A stretch of DNA of 32,000 nt, taken from assembly GCA_034189035.1 (NCBI GenBank), contig JAXHVA010000003.1, positions 1 to 32,000 of the forward strand, written 5' to 3'. The DNA is from Thermodesulfobacteriota bacterium (GTDB lineage: Bacteria > Desulfobacterota > UBA8473). The notes beneath the pieces were generated by a model, which was given only the letters and a program-made list of their open reading frames with translations, did no database searches and had not been told where the DNA came from. Within the stretch, counting starts at the first letter, position 1. Every line of letters starts with the position of its first letter. Shown here in pieces: positions 28,842 through 32,000 of the stretch. The position numbers and the translations under genes were made by a program.

Positions 28842-28861
28842 AAATAAAGAAAGAGTCTATT

Positions 28862-29884
28862 ATGGACAGCAAAAAGATCAAGAAAGACCAGTTAAATACG
28901 CTTTTTAATGAGTTGAGTAAGGAGTACTCGGTTCTTGTGCCAACCCGATCAAAAGGCTACGCAGGTTATGATTTATGGGATGAAAACAGCGGGGATTGTA
29001 TTGGGTGGTATAAGAATACAACTATTCCTTTAAAGGCCAATTTCTTTCCAAAAGTGGAAGGTATGTTTCGTTTCAATAAGGGGGAAGGGGGATATGAGAT
29101 AAAGGAGATACTCCCTGAAGAAGAATCGCAGATCATTTTTGGTGTACGCTCCTGCGATGCCAGGGCATTGAAGATAATCGGTACCCTCTTTGCCGATACA
29201 TACGAAGACCCGTACTTTCAAAAAAGAAGAGAAAATGCCGTCCTGATCGGGCTCGGCTGTAACGAGCCCTGTGATACCTGTTTTTGTACCTCTATGGAAA
29301 TCTCTCCGGGTGAATCTCAGGATGTGGATCTATTCTGTACGGAAATTGGTGATGAGCTCCTGATAGAGACCGTTTCAAAAGAGGGAGAGGAACTTCTTTC
29401 AAAGATGAAAGGGCTTTCCGATAGCAGCGACGCGGATTCCTCAAAGGCAAAAGAATTGAGGGAAGTCGCAAATGATAAGATACAAAGACAGATAGATACT
29501 TCTAATCTAAAAGAAAAGATGCGGGCGAACTTCGAAAACAGAGAGTACTGGGAAAACGTCTCATTGAAGTGTATGTCATGCGGTATCTGTACCTATCTGT
29601 GTCCGACTTGCCATTGTTTCGATATCCATGATGAGAACAATAAGAAAGACGGATTGCGGGTGAGAAACTGGGATAGCTGTAAATTCCCACTCTTTACCAG
29701 GATGCCTATGGAAAATCCCCGCCATGAAAAATGGAGAAGGATAAGGCAGCGGTATCACCATAAATTTGAGTATTATGATATGAATTTTGGGGTGATTGCC
29801 TGTACCGGTTGTGGCAGATGCATCAGGGAATGCCCTGTGAATGTTGACGTAACACAGATTATAACGGGAATTCAGAATCTTTAA
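28862..29884 (+). CDS. Iron-sulfur subunit, AsrA / sulfhydrogenase-beta-like (FlxB-like)
   Basis: The cluster motifs are CMSCGICTYLCPTCHCFD and CTGCGRCIRECPVNVD. The GVRSCDARAL segment is typical of the AsrA/HydB family. ATG 28862 is preferred because the track's TTG 28811 extension runs into repeat G. Confidence 0.75.
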   Translation: MDSKKIKKDQLNTLFNELSKEYSVLVPTRSKGYAGYDLWDENSGDCIGWYKNTTIPLKANFFPKVEGMFRFNKGEGGYEIKEILPEEESQIIFGVRSCDARALKIIGTLFADTYEDPYFQKRRENAVLIGLGCNEPCDTCFCTSMEISPGESQDVDLFCTEIGDELLIETVSKEGEELLSKMKGLSDSSDADSSKAKELREVANDKIQRQIDTSNLKEKMRANFENREYWENVSLKCMSCGICTYLCPTCHCFDIHDENNKKDGLRVRNWDSCKFPLFTRMPMENPRHEKWRRIRQRYHHKFEYYDMNFGVIACTGCGRCIRECPVNVDVTQIITGIQNL

Positions 29885-29913
29885 GTGTAGAAAAAATAAA
29901 GGATGGTTCATCG

Positions 29914-30750
29914 ATGGAAGGTGATAATGTTTATATACCTCATGTAATGAAGATTGAAAAGGTGATTCAGGAGACCGGGAATATCAAGACCTTTCACTTT
30001 AATTTCAAGGACCAAAGCGAGAAGGGTAAATTTGCTTTCAAATCAGGGCAATTCGCAGAATACTCCATATTCGGGGAAGGTGAGGCCACCTTCTGCATAT
30101 CTTCAAGCCCTACACGGATGGATCACCTTGAGTTCAGTGTGATGAAGGCAGGAAAGGTAACCGCTGCGATCCATGAACTCCAGGAAGGGGATGAGATCGG
30201 TTTTCGAGGGCCGTATGGGAACTGGTTTCCTTTGGATTTGCTCAAGGAGAAGAATCTCGTGTTTGTAGGCGGAGGAATAGGACTCGCGCCTTTGCGGTCT
30301 CTGATCTGGAACGTCATTGATAACCGTGACTCTTATGGGGATGTGATCGTCCTTTACGGAGCGAGGAGTCCGGTGGATCTTTCTTTTAAATACGATCTGG
30401 AGGCATGGGATAAAGGTGATGCGATAGACATGTACACCACTGTAGACAGAGGGGATGATGCCTGGACAGGCAGGGTAGGTCTTATTCCACCGGTTTTGGA
30501 AGAGATAGGCCCCAGTGCGCAAAATACAGTGGCAATTACATGCGGCCCGCCGATCATGATAAAATTTACACTCCAATCATTAGCCAAACTGGGTTTTACC
30601 CCTGAGCAGATAGTGACGACCCTGGAGATGAAGATGAAATGCGGTATAGGAAAGTGTGGAAGATGCAATATCGGTAATATATATGTATGTAAAGATGGCC
30701 CTGTATTTACATATGCTCAGATACAAAACTTCCTTTCAGATGAGTTTTAG
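29914..30750 (+). CDS. FAD/NAD(P)-binding oxidoreductase with C-terminal [2Fe-2S] (AsrB / sulfhydrogenase-gamma / PyrK-like; FlxA-like)
   Basis: 278 aa with an FNR-like architecture (GQFAEYSI, then VFVGGGIGLAPLRSL) and the C-terminal cluster motif CGIGKCGRCNIG...VCKDGPVF. Confidence 0.8.
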   Translation: MEGDNVYIPHVMKIEKVIQETGNIKTFHFNFKDQSEKGKFAFKSGQFAEYSIFGEGEATFCISSSPTRMDHLEFSVMKAGKVTAAIHELQEGDEIGFRGPYGNWFPLDLLKEKNLVFVGGGIGLAPLRSLIWNVIDNRDSYGDVIVLYGARSPVDLSFKYDLEAWDKGDAIDMYTTVDRGDDAWTGRVGLIPPVLEEIGPSAQNTVAITCGPPIMIKFTLQSLAKLGFTPEQIVTTLEMKMKCGIGKCGRCNIGNIYVCKDGPVFTYAQIQNFLSDEF

Positions 30751-30931
30751 TTTTTCTTCATTATTACGGCCCGCCTTTAAATCCTCTCCTTTCGTATTTC
30801 TAAAAAAGGCATGAGTAATACGACCTTTTCGATATGATAGTTTCCTGTATTTGCTGCCATTACCCGTTAGATAAGGAAGGTTTAAAATAAATCCTTGTCT
30901 TTATCGTTCTATTTTGGATGGAGGTATACAA

Positions 30932-32000
30932 ATGACCGAAGTATTGTACCGAAGTTCTTTTGATCCCCCCCTTCACAACGCTGTGGAAGGACTCGATTTT
31001 CTGTTTCACCCGGAGTCAATCGCCCTTGTCGGGGTTTCAAGCAACAATGACAGTCCCATAAACGGGATGTTTTTAACGCCTCTTCTTGAATTCGGTTTCA
31101 AAGGCCGGCTTTACCTTGTAAATCCGAGGGGGGGAGAGATAATGAGTATGAAAGTATATCCCTCCATTAAGGATATACCAGGCAAAGTGGACTATGTAAT
31201 CTCTACTGTACCTGCAAAGTACAGCATCCGGTTGATAGAGGATTGCATCGTTAAAGGGGTAAAGGCAATCGCCTTTTATACTGCAGGTTTCAGTGAGACC
31301 TCAAAGATGGAGGGGATTGTTTTAGAGGAAAGGATAACGAAGCTTGCCCGAGAGGGAGAAATCAGAGTTGTTGGGCCGAACTGTATGGGGATCTATTGTC
31401 CCAGCGCAGGACTGTCATATTGGCCGGAATTCCCCAAAGAGAGCGGGAAAGTGGCCTGCCTCTGTCAGAGCGGAGGGAATAGTATCCATCTGGTATGGAT
31501 GGGGGTTCCTCGTGGAATCAGGTTTAGCAAGGTGATCAGCTTCGGGAATGCTGTTGATATTGACGAATCGGAGCTCATAGATTACTTTGCCCACGACCCG
31601 GATACTGAGATCATTGCCGCCTACATTGAAGGCATTAAAGATGGGAAGCGCTTTTTAAAGGCACTTGGCGATGCGGCAAAGATGAAGCCGGTTATCATGC
31701 TAAAGGCAGGATGCAGTGAATCTGGCACTAGGGCTGCTGCCGGTCATACAGGGTCTATGGCTGGAGATGACTCTATCTGGGATGCCCTTTGTAAACAAAT
31801 GGGTATAGTCCGAGTCTTAAGCATGGAAGAGCTAACAGATATGATCGTGACCTTCTTATTCATGCCTCCTATACAGGGACGTAATGCGGGTATTGTGACT
31901 GTTGGGGGCGGAGTAAGTGTACTTGCTGCGGATGAGTGCGAAAGGTATGGATTGCATGTGCCACCACTCGATAGAGAGATAAAAGACCGGTTATGCGAGT
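30932..32000 (+). CDS. ADP-forming acyl-CoA synthetase family protein (CoA-binding plus ligase-CoA domains), 3'-truncated by the window
   Basis: Not in the ORF track because it has no stop. I translated it by hand from ATG 30932 (GGAGG at 30920-30924) to the window end and found no stop codon. SIALVGVS...YLVNPRG, VGPNCMGIY, CQSGG, FGNAVDIDESELIDYF..DPDTEIIAAYIEGIKDG and AGHTGSMAG are typical of NDP-forming acetyl-CoA synthetase family proteins. Confidence 0.8.
   Translation, partial: MTEVLYRSSFDPPLHNAVEGLDFLFHPESIALVGVSSNNDSPINGMFLTPLLEFGFKGRLYLVNPRGGEIMSMKVYPSIKDIPGKVDYVISTVPAKYSIRLIEDCIVKGVKAIAFYTAGFSETSKMEGIVLEERITKLAREGEIRVVGPNCMGIYCPSAGLSYWPEFPKESGKVACLCQSGGNSIHLVWMGVPRGIRFSKVISFGNAVDIDESELIDYFAHDPDTEIIAAYIEGIKDGKRFLKALGDAAKMKPVIMLKAGCSESGTRAAAGHTGSMAGDDSIWDALCKQMGIVRVLSMEELTDMIVTFLFMPPIQGRNAGIVTVGGGVSVLAADECERYGLHVPPLDREIKDRLCE

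Overview
All convincing genes in this 32-kb bacterial window lie on the + strand. GC looks moderate to low but was not computed. In order, the window holds: (1) a frame-broken IS481-like transposase remnant, followed by a 1.3-kb AT-rich non-coding stretch. (2) A 12-gene specialised lipid cluster (1614-14266). It has a complete dedicated FAS-II elongation set (KAS III, KAS II-like, ACP, FabG, FabZ, FabI), two CrtI/phytoene-desaturase-family flavoenzymes, a B12-binding radical-SAM enzyme that is frame-broken as sequenced, an SRPBCC protein, a condensation-fold HHxxxDG acyltransferase and a DUF362 protein. This composition matches what has been proposed for ladderane-lipid clusters of anammox Planctomycetes, but that assignment is inference only. 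(3) yajD and an S58/DmpA-type peptidase. (4) birA, then a perfect 14-bp inverted-repeat biotin operator overlapping a good promoter, then bioB-bioA-bioF-bioD. (5) A PflX-type radical-SAM gene. (6) hdrC-hdrB-hdrA-mvhD(flxD)-flxC-flxB-flxA. HdrA is a selenoprotein: the ORF track splits it at an in-frame TGA that replaces the Cys of the conserved DCSxCIL motif, and a SECIS-like hairpin follows. (7) The 5' part of an ADP-forming acyl-CoA synthetase gene. The most unexpected structure is an interspersed family of nested-hairpin repeats. It has eight copies in two subfamilies: five full-length, two internally deleted and one degenerate. All copies are intergenic and several sit inside operons. One copy has perfect 13-bp terminal inverted repeats and a perfect 8-bp target-site duplication. 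The arms are self-complementary with copy-specific sequence, while an A.A and a C.C mismatch are conserved family-wide. No autonomous partner is visible. No tRNA, rRNA or CRISPR was found.
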